Assembly (NCBI GenBank): GCA_050575255.1
Contig: JBNZDD010013698.1
Location: forward strand, 2,952,304-3,016,303
Length of the DNA: 64,000 bases
Direction of reading: 5' to 3'
From: Harriotta raleighana
Taxonomy: Eukaryota
Each line of letters opens with the position of its first letter. Positions within the stretch are counted from its first letter, which is position 1. Both the position numbers and the translations under genes were made by a program. This document shows, piece by piece, positions 38,200 to 51,620 of the stretch. The notes beneath the pieces are model-generated. The model made no database searches and was not told where the DNA came from. It worked only from the letters and a program-made list of their open reading frames with translations.

Positions 38200-39120
38200 T
38201 TAGGAACTTAGGAACAGGGGTAGGACATTCAGCCTTCGAGCCTATTCTACCATTTAATTAGATTATGGCTGATCTGTATCTCTACTAATCCTTTGAATTC
38301 CAATTTACTGGTTTTTTCCCTGTATCCCTTAATACCCTGAACTACCAAAAATCTGTCAACCTCACTCTTGAAGGTGTGGATGGATCCAGCATCCACAACC
38401 TTTTGGGGGAAGAGAATTCCAGATTTCTACCACCTTGAGTGAAAAAATACTTCCTGATTTCACTCTTAAATGGCCTGCTTCTAATTTTAAGACTATGTCT
38501 CCTTGTTTTGCATTCACCTACCAGAGGAAACAGCTTCTCTGCATCTTCCCTATTAACCAAAAGACCTCTATCAAATCACCCAATCTTCTAAACTCAAGGG
38601 AATACAACCCAAGTTTACACAGCCTTTCCTCGTAACTTAACTCTTTTAGGCCTGATAACATTCTGGTGAACCTGCGCTGCACCCAGGGCCAGTATATCTT
38701 CCCTGAGGTGTTGGTGCCCAAAACTGAACACAGTCTCCAGGTGGGGTCTGACTAACGCTCTATACAACTGAAGCATCATTTCTTTCCCTTTGTATTCCAT
38801 GTCTCTCGAGATAAAGGCCAACATTCCCTTTGCCTTTTTGATTATGTTTTGCATCTGGGAATTAGTTTTTAGTGATTTGTGGATTTAGACACCCAAATCC
38901 TTTTGCTCCTCCACAGCTCTTAATTTCTCTACATTAAGAAAATATTTGTTGTATCTTTTGTGGTTGATAGTGAATTCCCTACATTGAACTCCATCTGCCA
39001 CAGCATTGCCCACTTAATCTGTCTAAATCCCTTTGTAACTTCCTACTCCCATCTACACTACTTACTGCACAACTAATCTTATTGTTGTGTGCAAACTTGG
39101 ATATAAAACTTTATATTCCT
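38200..39120 (-). mobile_element. CR1 3' fragment
   Basis: Minus frames LQLYRALVRPHLE, VQRRFTRMLSGLKELSYEERLCKLGLYSLEFRRLGDLIEVF; (TTCCTAAG)-type 3' repeat. Confidence 0.9.
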
Positions 39121-39493
39121 TAGATACTACTAATTTTCTTATTAATGTGTCCACAAACACATAACCACGTTCACTTTACAATATATTCTGTGAAGCGCCT
39201 CAAGACATCTCAACAATATAAGGTACCATATAAAATACAAGGATTATTACTGTAGTAGATACTATAACTTTGCCAAAGTTGTTTTGGGATTCTCCATTAC
39301 TGTGGTACGATTACAAAGTTTCTGATACATCAAATCAATGAAAATTAGTTGTATTACAGAGTGGTGGGTTTGTTGGTTTTATTCAGGTCAAAAAATTGCA
39401 GCAATTACTGCTTTCTGACTGACTGCACCTGGAAATAAACTGACCCCATAAAGCAAAATGTATCCTAAAAAGCAAGCAGCAGAAAACTAAATA

Positions 39494-39732
39494 TAGTAAA
39501 ACCTTGTTTATCTGGCACCCACGGGCTCTGGCCAGTGGCAGTTAAACTGTTTTTCCGGTTGAACGGATTTTAAAAATATATATATTTTTATAAAAATTAT
39601 TTTAACACATAATAACAGAATATTCTATTAGTACATTATTATTTATAATTAACTTCACGATCGCAGCACTGATTCAACTGGAGATAAAACAAAATGCAAT
39701 TTTAAAAAGTAACGAGTTTAGACCTAACGGCC

Positions 39733-39770
<38 letters not shown>

Positions 39771-40411
39771 GACCTTCAAAGATATTCAGTCTGAATCCAT
39801 CATATAAAATTTGTCCATAATCCTCCCTCCCTCTCTCTCTCTGCATCAACCTGCCTACCATTCTCTCTCTCCCTCCATTATGCTTTCCCCCATCTGAGCC
39901 TCAGAGAGAGAGAGACTGAGAGAGAAAGAGACTGTGATTGGGAGAGAGAGACTGTAATTGGGGGAGAGAGAGAGACTGAGAGAGAGATTGTGATTGGGAG
40001 AGAGAGAGAGACTGTGATTGTGGGGGAGAGACTGAGAGAGAGACTGTGATTGGGGGAAGAGAGAGACACTGAGAGTGAGAGACTGAGAGAGAGACTATGA
40101 TTGGGGGAGAGAGAGTGTGAGAGAGAGAGACTGTGATTGGGGGAGAGAGAGAAACACGCCCCCTTTGGAGCCCATGCTCCAACTCATGCGTACGAGGTAT
40201 AAAAAAACTGCGACTTTAAAAACAACAACAACAACAAAATTACATTTATAGAGCGCGTTTCACGTCAGGAGGACGTCCCGGAACGAGTTTAGACCCGACA
40301 TTAAACACGTCACCGGATAACTTCTGGTTAATCGAATCGGGACTTTTTTTGGAGATGGCAGTTGAACGGGTTTTCCGATTATTCGAGTCACGGATAAACA
40401 AGGTTTCACTG
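39494..40411. mobile_element. Expanded family-A MITE carrying (CA)n, a GA-rich minisatellite and an L2 tail
   Basis: TA flanks; TIR TAGTAAAACCTTGTTTATC / GATAAACAAGGTTTCACTG. Confidence 0.82.
39903..40152. repeat. GA-rich minisatellite (GAGAGAGACTGTGATTGGG)n
   Basis: Several variable units directly visible. Confidence 0.9.
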
Positions 40412-40895
40412 TATTTATTTATGACAGATTTGGTTGAACAGGTAGAACTACAAATGCCTTCCATTTCTATTTAAACAAACCTTTGACATACCATAATAGA
40501 ATGTAGAAGTTCAAGTGAAATAATCTTCACGCATGCAATTCAATCAGCACTCTAAACCAGTGAACATGTGATAAATATAATTAAAATGTCCTCAAGCACA
40601 GAAGAACCTCTGATAGAAGCATTATTTACTTTTGTCTTTAAATCCATCAATTTTTTCAAAAACCTTGCCAAATTCATATCGTGGATCAGATTTTAAAAAA
40701 TGCAAAAAGAATAAATGGAAAATAAATCTTTATTTTTATATTTATACAATGCATTCAACTCAACACAGAAAATACACATTTCATACGGTTCTCATATGTA
40801 ATTTTTCTCTGAATAATCTCTGAGCAATAATTTCTCATTAACCAAGACGTTTCTTCCAATTTGCATTGAGCTTCTATGACCTTAAAGTTACTTAC

Positions 40896-40918
40896 CTGTT
40901 ATCTTTGTGTTTGGACAT
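40896..40918 (-). other. 3' end of a candidate exon (short frame MSKHKDN, phase 2, or UTR)
   Basis: Perfect donor CAG|GTAAGTAA in a repeat-poor island; 5' boundary unknown. Confidence 0.3.
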
Positions 40919-42189
40919 TGCAATGATTAAGCTTTCCTGTCATTCCAAACTCCCCCCACACCTGCCAATCTATTCTTCTGTGTAATTAGGATAATGTGTA
41001 TCAATCCCACTCAAACAAGCATTTCTTTTTTTTAAAATCCCTTTTTAAAAACCAGTCAGCGTTGACAAGACACTTTTTTCTTCGAAAATAATTTATGTGG
41101 TTCATAACAAAGATAGAGTATGTCAAGAGAACCAATACTTTCCCTTCCTCTTTGGTTTGATTCAATCAATCAGATTTCTAAAAGCATCTCAGGACTAAAC
41201 ATTTACAACAGACACCAAATATCCTTCCAATATATTTTGTTTTCTTCCCTTCTGTTCTACTCAAAATTAATGTTAATTCTTAGATATATTCCAATTTCTC
41301 TTAAACAGAAGCCGCTTGATTTCACCACTCCTTTTATTAGGAGGGGGTAAGATGGTACACACAGGACTTCTCCAATGTCATCAGTCAATTTGTGCCATGC
41401 ATTTACCTAAAAAAAAATGTTCTCCCCAATCAAGGTGTAGCAGATATATAAACAGCTAAAGAGATGTTCAACCTATCTATAAAGCTAAAGGAAGGATTTG
41501 ATTTTTACATTTAGATGCACACTAGCCTTTGAAGAGCTATGGACCATTAAGCTCTAGTTAATGGAGTTAATCTATTTAAGAAAACATGCCATCAACTTAA
41601 TGTTGAATGGCCCTTCCCTCAATTAAACCTATACAACCCATAATCACCTGAGGATCATTTTCTACAGGAGCAACAGATTTGAGTGAATGTCTTTACATAT
41701 AGTATTAAATGGATTTTTGAAAAATCATGGTGATATGTACATGAAGGTCAAATTCACCTTTGTTCCTTCAATTCTTAATAACATATATTCCCTAAAGAAT
41801 GTGGTACAAAACAAAAGAACATAATAGGTGATGCAATTAAAACATGGCAAAGGGCTCCATCGGTCTTACTGTGTAGAACTGTTCAATACAAACTATCCAG
41901 CTTTGAAAAGGCAATTATGGGATGCCCTCCTGATGTGAAAGGCGCTCTATAAATGTACTATGGGAAATGGGAAATAGGAAATGTTAGTACAATGGGAAAC
42001 AGGTACACTTGATTATTCCAGAACTGCAAATCTAGCAATGTCAGGGATAAAGAAAATGGATACAACAAAACAGTAAAGACAAAGTTACAAAACAACTTCA
42101 AAATATAAGTTATGTCTAATGGTCAACTACCTATTGTGTTAAATCTGCATAGGTATCCATTAGGGAAAAATGGCATACAGTTAGGTGTC

Positions 42190-42837
42190 TTCACTCTGCG
42201 GCCCGTGTCCTCTATCATTCCAAACTCCGTGACCCCATCTCCCGCATCCTTGCCTGACTCAATTGGCTCCCCATCATCCAGAGGATCCAATTCAAGATCC
42301 TGGTCCTCACATTTAAAGCCTTCCACTACCTCGCCCCACCCTGCATCCGTGACCTACTATTCCTTTACCAACCTGCCCACCCACTCCGTTCTGGCCTGCT
42401 CCATGTCCACTGATCCACCCGCCCAATCATTGGCACGCAAGCCTTCAGTCACTCTGCCCCCAAACTCTGGAACTCCATGGCAAATTCCATCCACCTCGCC
42501 ACCTCCCTGGCCTCCTTCAATTCTCGCCTCAAGACTGTCCTTCGGCTCACCCCCCTGACTCTTTTCCCTCTCCCACTCTCCTTCCCCATCCCCTTACCCC
42601 TGATCCTCCCCCCCGCTCAGGTCCCGACCTGACTGTTCAGCGCTTTGGGACATCCTCCCGACGTGAAAGGCACTATACAAATGTAATTTTGTTGTTGTCT
42701 TCGGTGGACCATTCAGCAACTCCTTCCCCCCACCCCACCCTCCCCGTCCTAGCTCGGGTCTGAAGAAGTATACAGCGCCTTGGGACATCCTCCTGACGTG
42801 AAAGGCGCTATAAAAATGTAATTTTGTTGTTGTTGTT
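42190..42837 (+). mobile_element. L2 3' fragment with two tandem 3' termini
   Basis: Terminal motif GCGC(T/C)TTGGGACATCCTCC(C/T)GACGTGAAAGGC..(TTG)n at about 42640-42698 and again at about 42775-42837. Confidence 0.85.
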
Positions 42838-42999
42838 CAATTATAGTCACTTTTTCCTATTGCTGCTGACAAGAGTTAAGTTAAACAGTGATATATCCCT
42901 CAGTCACTGGTAATAACCAATGTTATTACCACTATTAAATTTTACATTTCATAGCCCTCAAAACTGGAAGATTTTTTACAATAATGTACAGTATTAAAC

Positions 43000-43460
43000 A
43001 AAAGTGCTCAAAGTATTTTCCCAGTTACCACAGTATGATATTCCTGAAGAATCAGCAAGTTTTTAAACACAACATTTCTCTTCAAAACCATCTGATTCAA
43101 TGAATTCTTAAAATGTTTACAAGAAGCACAAGTAATTGCTGTGAAACCACTCACCACCTGACAATTCACACAGCTTCCTATAACCAAACATGACAATATG
43201 GTTTTGTGAAATCCAAATTGGTCATCAATCAGCATTTAAGGCTTTCAAAGATTTACCATAGCCTTTCTCACTGTTGAATCTGGCATTACTATCGCACAAC
43301 CTTGTGTAATCAAACTCACACATGCTTTTGAATCCGAATATCATTTGATGACACCCAAGTTGTCTACCAGCAATATATTCCTGTATCTAATATCTAACAG
43401 TTAATCAAACTTCATGTATGATTTTCTTTCAAAATCATCCTTTTGTTTTTACAACTGGAT
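43000..43460 (-). mobile_element. Possible ancient LINE RT relic
   Basis: Minus frame LIDDQFGFHK resembles the RT motif QxGFR; the rest is heavily decayed. Confidence 0.35.
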
Positions 43461-43539
43461 CCAAGTCCAACATTAGCACTCCAACCTGCTATACGCCACA
43501 CAAAGAGATCTAATTTGCAGCATAACACATGTGGTGGGC

Positions 43540-43622
43540 TCCTTCAAGTAACCAGAATGACACCAAACGGGGCCACCTCAAGGGGGTGATTGGCCTACTC
43601 CTACTCCTTATTCTTATGTTCA
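43540..43622 (+). mobile_element. CR1 3' terminus
   Basis: TGGCCTACTCCTACTCCTTATTCTTATGTTC. Confidence 0.65.
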
Positions 43623-44052
43623 TACTGTCTGCAGTTCTCACAAGTTGACAGACAGGAATTTTAATGGCAATAAAGAACAAGATTAAGAAATAATGTTTAT
43701 TAGTTTCCAATGTGAAGTAGGTCATCCCAAAACTGGTTTTGGAAAAGGAAAGAGATGCAGATAGACTTTAAATACAGTAAATAAAACATGAAATTAAAAT
43801 AAATCCAGTTAAAAATACTCTTAACGAACAATTCAAACTAAGAGAAAAAGTAGATAGCATGTTCTAATACCAGGTTAATGTTACTTTAAATTTAGTGGGT
43901 TTTTTAAAACCCTTCCAACTTGCCTCCTTTATATGTTCTATAATGCCTCCACAATAGTCTAAGCATCAGAAACAAATCCAAATAACTGCATGCAACTCCT
44001 AATATACAACTCAATTTGTACTCCTTTGAAGAACAGAATTGAAAAGTCTTAC

Positions 44053-44262
44053 ATGTTTTGGCCAACAATGGGGCTCTACAGCAATTGACAGAATGCAAAT
44101 TGCAGGAAAGCTTTATGCACTTCACAGTTGCCACTACAGAATGATGAGCACCTACAGATGAGATGTTGCATTGAATATCTCACATAATCTACAAAGTATG
44201 AATTGCAAAAATAAATATGGGCACCATGTTCGTACGAATGGACATCTCACACTTTGTAAAAC
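44053..44262 (-). other. Candidate non-coding exon
   Basis: Strong acceptor TTTTTCCCTTTTGTCTCCTTTCAG|G and donor CAT|GTAAGA; 210 nt with stops in all three frames. Confidence 0.3.
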
Positions 44263-45662
44263 CTGAAAGGAGACAAAAGGGAAAAATAAAAACAATTAAA
44301 ATAAATTCAGGTTAGAAAAACACTTCATGATAAATTTTAAAAATTAAAACAAACTTTAAATTAAAATTTGTGAATGAAAATAACACTTAGGTAGTAGCAT
44401 AAGGTATTGAATTCCAGGGTAAGCGTTTCACAAAAAATATATTTGTCAGAAATGGAAATCAAAGTCAGCGAACAAAAACGCGTCTATTTGGTTGTGAAAA
44501 AAATCTAAAACACACCGTGACACCTTAATCTCGATTTATGATGACCAGTTAACCAGATGGGCCCACGGATAAACAGAAAGCCATCTTAACCACATGACCA
44601 AAGTTAGACCCCACTTAATACATAAGCCATTTGTACAGTGGTTATGTTCAAAAGGAAACTATGCCTTAAACATATTCTAGCTTTAATCAAATTCATATTT
44701 ATGCCCCGAAAGATTAACAAACCCAACCAGTCAAGTTGAAAAGTTTGCATTAAATCTTTTAACCACTAGAATAACTAACTGCCTATATCTTTCCAGCTGC
44801 CTTCAGCCAGCCACTCCATCAAACTAACAATGCCATCAGAGACTCCTCCACATCTTCCAACCAACAGCAACAGGAGGAATACCACCGCTGTATGTGTCAT
44901 TGAAATAAATCTGGTTGATTTTTCCTGCATGCAGGATGAAATACTCTGCTGTCACACAGTATCCCACCCAACAGACCACCAAGAACTAGTCATTCATCAC
45001 AAAACTGGCCAGCCAATCATTCCACACAATACTGTGAAAGTGAATTTCTCATCAAGTTCCGAGGTGAGGACTTTTATTCTGCTTGTGCTGTACCAACATT
45101 CTGGTAAGCTTTCCTGGGTGATGGGTGCCCACCAATACCTCACCCAAATGACCATTCGTTTGCAAGGATTGACAAACCTATTTGACCTCAGGGAGAAGGA
45201 GGACCAAGGAAAAAAGACAAGTGGATATCACAGCCAAGTGCATTCCTGCCTCATCTGACATCCAAATATGCACATTTGTGTTAAGGGGGTGGATCAATTC
45301 TGGATAGAGGTAAAGAGAATTTTGACTGCTGCCATTAGGCAATTCAATAAAACAGAAACTTGAGGACAAACCTTCTCTCCATGGCTCAGATACAGAATAA
45401 ACTTGCTGAGTTGGCGGGAGAGAAGAAAGTGCCATGTACATTGTACATTTTAAATCAATATGCTACTATTCCTCGCTTCATCCTTAAAACAATACTATAT
45501 CAAGCAATTGTAAAGCCAAACAAGCTGATGGTGAGGTTATCAAGGCATGGGGCATGTTAGATTTGGATTAGGCTTTTCTTTATAGTTTTCACTATTACCA
45601 TTTTTACTGTAGAGTTCATCTCTGACTGCTGGGCAGCTGGGACACTGTCTGCTAGACTTCAC

Positions 45663-45719
45663 CTTCTTTAAGACTAGTCAGACTGACCATTACATCGCTG
45701 CCTTCATTTCTTTGATGAG
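45663..45719 (-). other. Candidate 57-nt cassette exon
   Basis: Acceptor TTTGTTTTCTTTACCATAG|, weak donor AAG|GTGAAG; open in phase 1 (HQRNEGSDVMVSLTSLKE). Confidence 0.2.
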
Positions 45720-46103
45720 CTATGGTAAAGAAAACAAATGGATGAATTATGATTCACATTTAGTCACATAGCAATAATACATTTGAGTGTGAACGAAAGC
45801 CTATTGCTGTATTCTCATTTTAGGTCCTCTCATTCTCATTTGTGTCTTGAACATCTGTTCAATCTACATAGTATACTCCTACTTGATCAGCAACTACTTT
45901 GGATGTACGTTAGATTGTTTTTTATCAAACAAAGCATAACTCTACTAAAGTTTTGCTACTAAGTCACATTTGGTTTTTCAGCCAGAAGAAAAAATATACC
46001 AAATAGAATTCATAAAATCTTTAGGAGCATGTTATTCAGTCACACAGCTCCAGAAATAACCCATAGTTCCAGGTCCATTATCAATCAGCATAGGACCATT
46101 TAC

Positions 46104-46178
46104 CTGCCAGTCTGTGTAGTGACTAAAAACAAGACTTTGCCGCCGCATACTCTAGCCATGAAGAGGTATGCCACTTTT
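46104..46178 (-). other. Candidate 75-nt cassette exon
   Basis: Acceptor TTTTTGCTATTTTAATTCCTAG|, donor CAG|GTAAAT; open in phase 2 (KVAYLFMARVCGGKVLFLVTTQTG). Confidence 0.25.
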
Positions 46179-47079
46179 CTAGGAATTAAAATAGCAAAAA
46201 CTAAGACCACAAATGCTCTCCAAAAGACACCCAACTCAAACGTCATATTTTGTGTGCAAAATTTAATTAACATGCCTGTCCTTCTAGTGAAATAATTATT
46301 TATCTTCAGTATCATTCACAACACTTCATTTAAAATAGACCTTCAGTCACTAAAAGACATTTCTTTAAAAGACAGCTACAATTATAATGATTTTTTACTT
46401 GTGCAAAAGAGCAACATTACTCAATTTATAGTATTACAAAAGTGCTTAATGTGCTACACTTCACCACAAACATCAAGGCCCAGGATCCTCTGCACTGCCA
46501 TCATATACTGGATATTCCATTAGGTTCATCAACAACAACAACTTTGATTTATATTGTGCCCTCCAGGCCGGACAGAATGCCTTATTCTGAGAAATTCCAA
46601 ATAAAAGTGCCCACAAATAATTGGCACGGAACAGATAAAATTCATTTTAATTAACCTTGCTTTGATTCGCCCAAAACACTCTGGAAATGTTAACCCTAAT
46701 AGAACTTTAAATATTGCAAAGCGTTCCACCATCTTCCATTTAAATAGAATCTTCTTTATACAGAAATTCTTTACAGTAAATGTTATATGGATAGCAGTAC
46801 TACATTTCGCAGGATCATATTTCTGGCACACGAGTACAGTATAAGCAATGGCATGTGCAAGGTGAGCACTCTGGAGCACTCTGCAATCTACAGGCTGAAA
46901 CAGAACGCACCACGCAAACCATACAACTCTGTCAAATGCCAACTTTGAGAACCCCAATGTGAAGGAGCATAACCTCTTTAGCACCTGTAACTGATCTTTG
47001 TTATGTTATGCAGTTCTCAGTTCAATGAAAATAAAATCATATGGAACTTACGTCTGTATTACTATTCATGCAGAAACCG

Positions 47080-47340
47080 ACAAAACTGATTTATGTACAT
47101 AAAATAATTGATTCCCCAGTGACTAACATTGACAGTGTGGTGGAGCAGTGTACCCACAAAACCCTGGGGCTGCTGTAATTAAATTCAATGAATGCATTGG
47201 GTCTTCAGCATAACAGAAGATCAAAGCTTAGCCATTAATAAGCGACACAATGTCAAACTTCAAATCAAAACAAAATGATTCTATAAACCAGGGGTGTCAC
47301 ATTCATCTGGCCACAAAGGCCATTTCAATTAACACTTCCT
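47080..47340. promoter_or_regulatory. Enhancer-like motif cluster (Pbx-Hox, Meis, homeodomain, TCF/LEF)
   Basis: TGATTTAT 47087-47094, TGACAG 47130-47135, TAATTA about 47176, AGATCAAAG 47218-47226, in unique sequence. Confidence 0.35.
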
Positions 47341-48589
47341 GCACCTGATGATGACGAGATATACCAATTTGCACAAAACATTACCTCCATCATACAATTC
47401 CTAGTCATCAAAAAAGGGAAGCCAGCTAATGCTGTCCCAAATAGGCAATGCCAAGTCTCAATTTTTGACAAAAATACCCAAATATAAAGTTTTTAACATC
47501 ATCGAAACAAAAAAATAGTAAGTCTCTAATTCAGCATTGTGTTCTGTGGAGTCAGAGCAAGTGACCAAGAAAAAGAGAGAGAGACAGAGAGCGAGCAAAG
47601 TAATTCAGATGCACCCCATTGATGGAGCCACGGTGACATGTTTGGCAAAGGATTATCAGGTGGGTCCACAGTATTTCAGGGCACTGTTCTGATAGACCAC
47701 CCAGCCTGGCTGGTTGGCATGAAAGAGGGACAGACTGGTCACTGAGAGCAGGGATTCTTTCTACAACTCAGCTCCTGTTAACGTCCAAACAGGTAGGGTG
47801 GTCTTTTCTGGACAAGAAGCAGGAAGTGTGCCAGATAATGTTTTAATAGTACGCTGTGAAATTATATATGAAATTAAGTCAAATCACCCATTTCTGATGC
47901 CCTATGTGTCAAAACACATTGTTTAAAAAACGATTTTTCACATAGAATTTAAGGTATTATACAAACGTGGGCACATTTTCTTCTCTTTCTGTGTAAATAA
48001 ATACCATTTTACATTATTTACTTTCAGCTCCCGAAGTTTGCAATTCAGCAGCAAAACCCCAAACTAGAAGAGTTTTTCTCTGGTAATGCTATTCATTCTG
48101 TGCCTTAAGCGAAACATTGATTTCATTTGGAAAAAGGTTTCACACAGGGAAGGGATGCGTGAAGGGTGAATTAGGAGCTTCAGGGCAAATGGTGATTTTC
48201 ATTTGGCTTCAGAATATATGTGGTACAGTTCTCCATCACCCATCTTCCCAGGTACACGCCATACTAGTGCTGACCTTACTCCAGAGTGCTCACATGAAAT
48301 ATGAGACTATGATCTGAAATAAGCTGTTAATGTGACTGTCAGCAGTTCAATGAACCCTGCATATATGGCACACTAAAAAAAATGTGCTGGACGGCCAAGT
48401 CATGCTAAAACTAATTATGCAGAGATGATTTGAGTTCAGAATATATGTGGAACCATCATTGCCATGCAGTAGTAATTGCCAAAAACAAATGCAGGTTACA
48501 GAGTGTTAAAATCCATTACTCAGCCTTTTGGCAGCCCAGAAATGATGGCTCGAAACATGCATTTTAACTCAGTGCCACACTGTTCCTGC

Positions 48590-49550
48590 ATGAAACCTAC
48601 CACCTGCTCCCACAACCCCATCCCTATCCCTCTCCTTACCGCTTAGCTCCACCTCCTTGCACATCTACTCACAGACATCATCAACATCTCCCTGCCACTG
48701 GCACCATTCCCATCCCTTTAAAAACAGCGGTCATCATTCCCACCCTTAAAAAAATCCTCCTGGGATTCATTCCTGCCTTCAAATTACCGCTCTACCTCCA
48801 CCCTCCCTTTCCTCTCCAAAGTCCTTGGATGAATCGTTGTTTACTTCTTCACTCCTTCCTCTCCCGCCACTCCCTTCACAAACCCTCCAATCGGAATTCC
48901 GTGCCACACACAGAACAGAAACAGCTCTGGTCAAAGTGACAAATAGCCTTCTGTCCATCCAAAACCAGGGCTTCCTCTATCTCCTCGTCCTCTCTGCTGC
49001 ATTTGATACCATTGACCACTCCATCCTCATCCACCACATCTCCTCTCACCTCACCTCATGGTTCTGTCAGTGAATGGTTCAGTTCATAACTCTCACACCA
49101 CCTCCACCACTTCATCTCCACAAACGGTTTCTTCTCTGGCACCATCACATGCAGTGTTTCTTAGGGCTCCATCCTTGTTCTCCACCTCTTCAACATCTAC
49201 ATGCTGCCCCGTGGCGACTTCATGCACTGCTGTCCTAACAAGAATGTCTGTCAGACATTCAGTCCTAGATAAGAGCTAACTTTACGTTTAACTCTTTCTT
49301 CATTCTTCAGTTGAACCAAGGCCCTACTGATTGCCTCCCATCAGCTCTCCACACCTCTGTGCAGACAGCATCACCATCCATGGATGCACATTCCATTTTA
49401 CTAAGCAAGTCCAGAGTCTTGATATCTGTCCTTTCTAAGCCACATCCATGCTATGATCTGTCTGCCTTTTCCCACTTGCACAACATTACCCAGCTCAGCC
49501 ACTGTCTCACACCGCTGGCCACCAAAACTTTCATACACGCAGTCATAATA
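48590..49550 (+). mobile_element. L2 RT fragment, decayed
   Basis: QSEFRATHRTETALVKVTN, LSAAFDTIDHSIL and FNIYMLP motifs. Confidence 0.85.
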
Positions 49551-51224
49551 TTGAGATGGTGCCGGGCTGGAGAAGAAACCGTTTGTGGAGAAGATTTTTA
49601 ATTGTAAAAACAAGGTACTAGATGAATGCAACTTGTGTACTGGGTGTTTTAATTTCAAGATGCAGTGGGAAAATACAGATATATTCTTCAAGGTCACTGC
49701 CTACTGGCACAGTACAGTATCTGCATTTCTCATCTTTCACTCCTAATAGAGCAACACCGCACCCTTCAAAATGGAAAAGAAAGTGCAGACAGTATGCTGG
49801 GAGCTAGTAAAATTCTTGCACTAATCTTCTCCCATAGCAAGTATTCACAGATTTCAATAAAGGGGTTGTTCAGATGTGACACTACAAATATACACAGTAT
49901 AAAAAGAGTTGTGTTCTACGACTAAATCCAACCTGCCTTAATTTCTTTTGTGACAACTTGATAATGGTCTGAAAATAATTGAATCAAAGAAAAAGTCATC
50001 GTTTTCCACCTTAACCATGTTAATTTGTAATTTTTTATTAAACCAGGCCCACAAAAGCAATAACTCGCATTTCTAATCACCCTTTTCACACAATGTGAAT
50101 TCCTCAATGCTGTGTACAAAGACAATGGGGATCACCAATCATGGAAGAAAGGAGGCAGATTAAGATTGATGACTAAAGACAGGATCAGAGAAGGTTTTAG
50201 AGTTTTGAAGAGAAAGAAGGTACAAAGGTAACGGGATTTGGGAATTTTGTTTCTAGAGAACAAGGACATATATCACTTCATACAGTGAATGGAATGAAAG
50301 CAGCAACGCATTAAACATGCAGTGAACCAAGAATAACAACAAATTACATTTCATGTTGGTAGGACATCCCAAGGTGCTGGATCGTCAAGCACTTGACCTG
50401 AGCTGGGGGTTGGAATCAATAGAGTTGGAGGATAAGGGGATTGTGGTGGCTGAGTGGGTAGCATGAGCAGGAGCATAGAATTGGTTGTGATGGTATAGGG
50501 AATAGCATGATATGATTTAAATACAAACTTTAAAGGATTTTAAAGTTTTTCCATTAAGTTACTGGGAACCACTGGAACCTGGTGAGAATGAGGCAAAAAG
50601 TGCGTCTCAACAACATCTCACATTGTTGAGACATCTCAAAGCACTTCACAGAATATATTACAAAGCAAAAATAATTTTTTTCCAATATGCAATNGAGACA
50701 TCTCAAAGCACTTCACAGAATATATTACAAAGCAAAAATAATTTTTTTCCAATATGCACTAAATATTTGTGCATTCTTGCTAATATAANCTTCACAGAAT
50801 ATATTACAAAGCAAAAATAATTTTTTTCCAATATGCAATATGTGAGAGTAATCAACAAAAAGATATTGACCTCCATTCTCCTGCTTTGCTGTCAGGTGAA
50901 AGACCCATCAGACATCTTTTAGCAGTTTAAAACCTGAGCAGGAGAAATGTTAAATAGCTCTGCACACAGCTACGCAAAGGCATTTCTCACTTTACAGTAC
51001 AAAAGGTCAGTGGCAATTCCTGAAGAGCACAGTAGCCTGAGGCAGGCTGCTATTTATTCCCACAGGTCTGTTTGCTAACAGTCAAAACTGTGCAGTTTCA
51101 TTAAGATAACTCAGTTCTACTCAATAATAAGCCATATTACAAATGTGACCATTAGCATAAGCAGAGAATGAAGTGTACAGCAAATAAAACTGAATGGCTG
51201 TAAAAACATTCTACATTAGTTCTC

Positions 51225-51620
51225 CACGTGCAGTTTCCTTACTCCACACGGCTGATTACCTAGTGGTGAGGAGGAAACTGGTTATTAGTCGATTGTCGGA
51301 TTGCTTTCTGGGATGTAATAGGAAATCGGAACAGGAGCAGGCCGTCCAGCCCCTGGAGTCTCTTCTGCCATTCTATTGGATCATGGCTGAACTGTACCTC
51401 AACTCCAATTTCAATAATTTTACTAAAAATACCACCTTCGCAAAAAGAATCCTGTCACTCAATCCACAACTGTTTGTAGGACACTGATGTGCGCAATTGG
51501 CTGTTGTGTTTCACCCACAAAATAAACAGTCAATTCAATTGACAGTACATTCAGTGAAGCATTTTGAGACATCTCAACAACAAGATAAGGCGCTCTATCA
51601 AATATTGTACAGGGATTGTC
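51225..51620 (+). mobile_element. Long-subfamily SINE containing a minus-strand CR1 3' end (about 51318-51410)
   Basis: SINE extra domain, then GGAAATCGGAACAGGAGCAGGCCGTCCAGCCCCTGGAGTC...GATCATGGCTGA, then SINE body and tail. Confidence 0.75.

Noticed and set aside
39878-40182. Ser/Leu-rich ORFs
   Set aside because: Translation of the GA minisatellite
44830-45258. 142-aa plus-strand ORF as a host gene
   Set aside because: No recognisable domain or splice signals; may be an ancient LINE relic but I cannot support a family call
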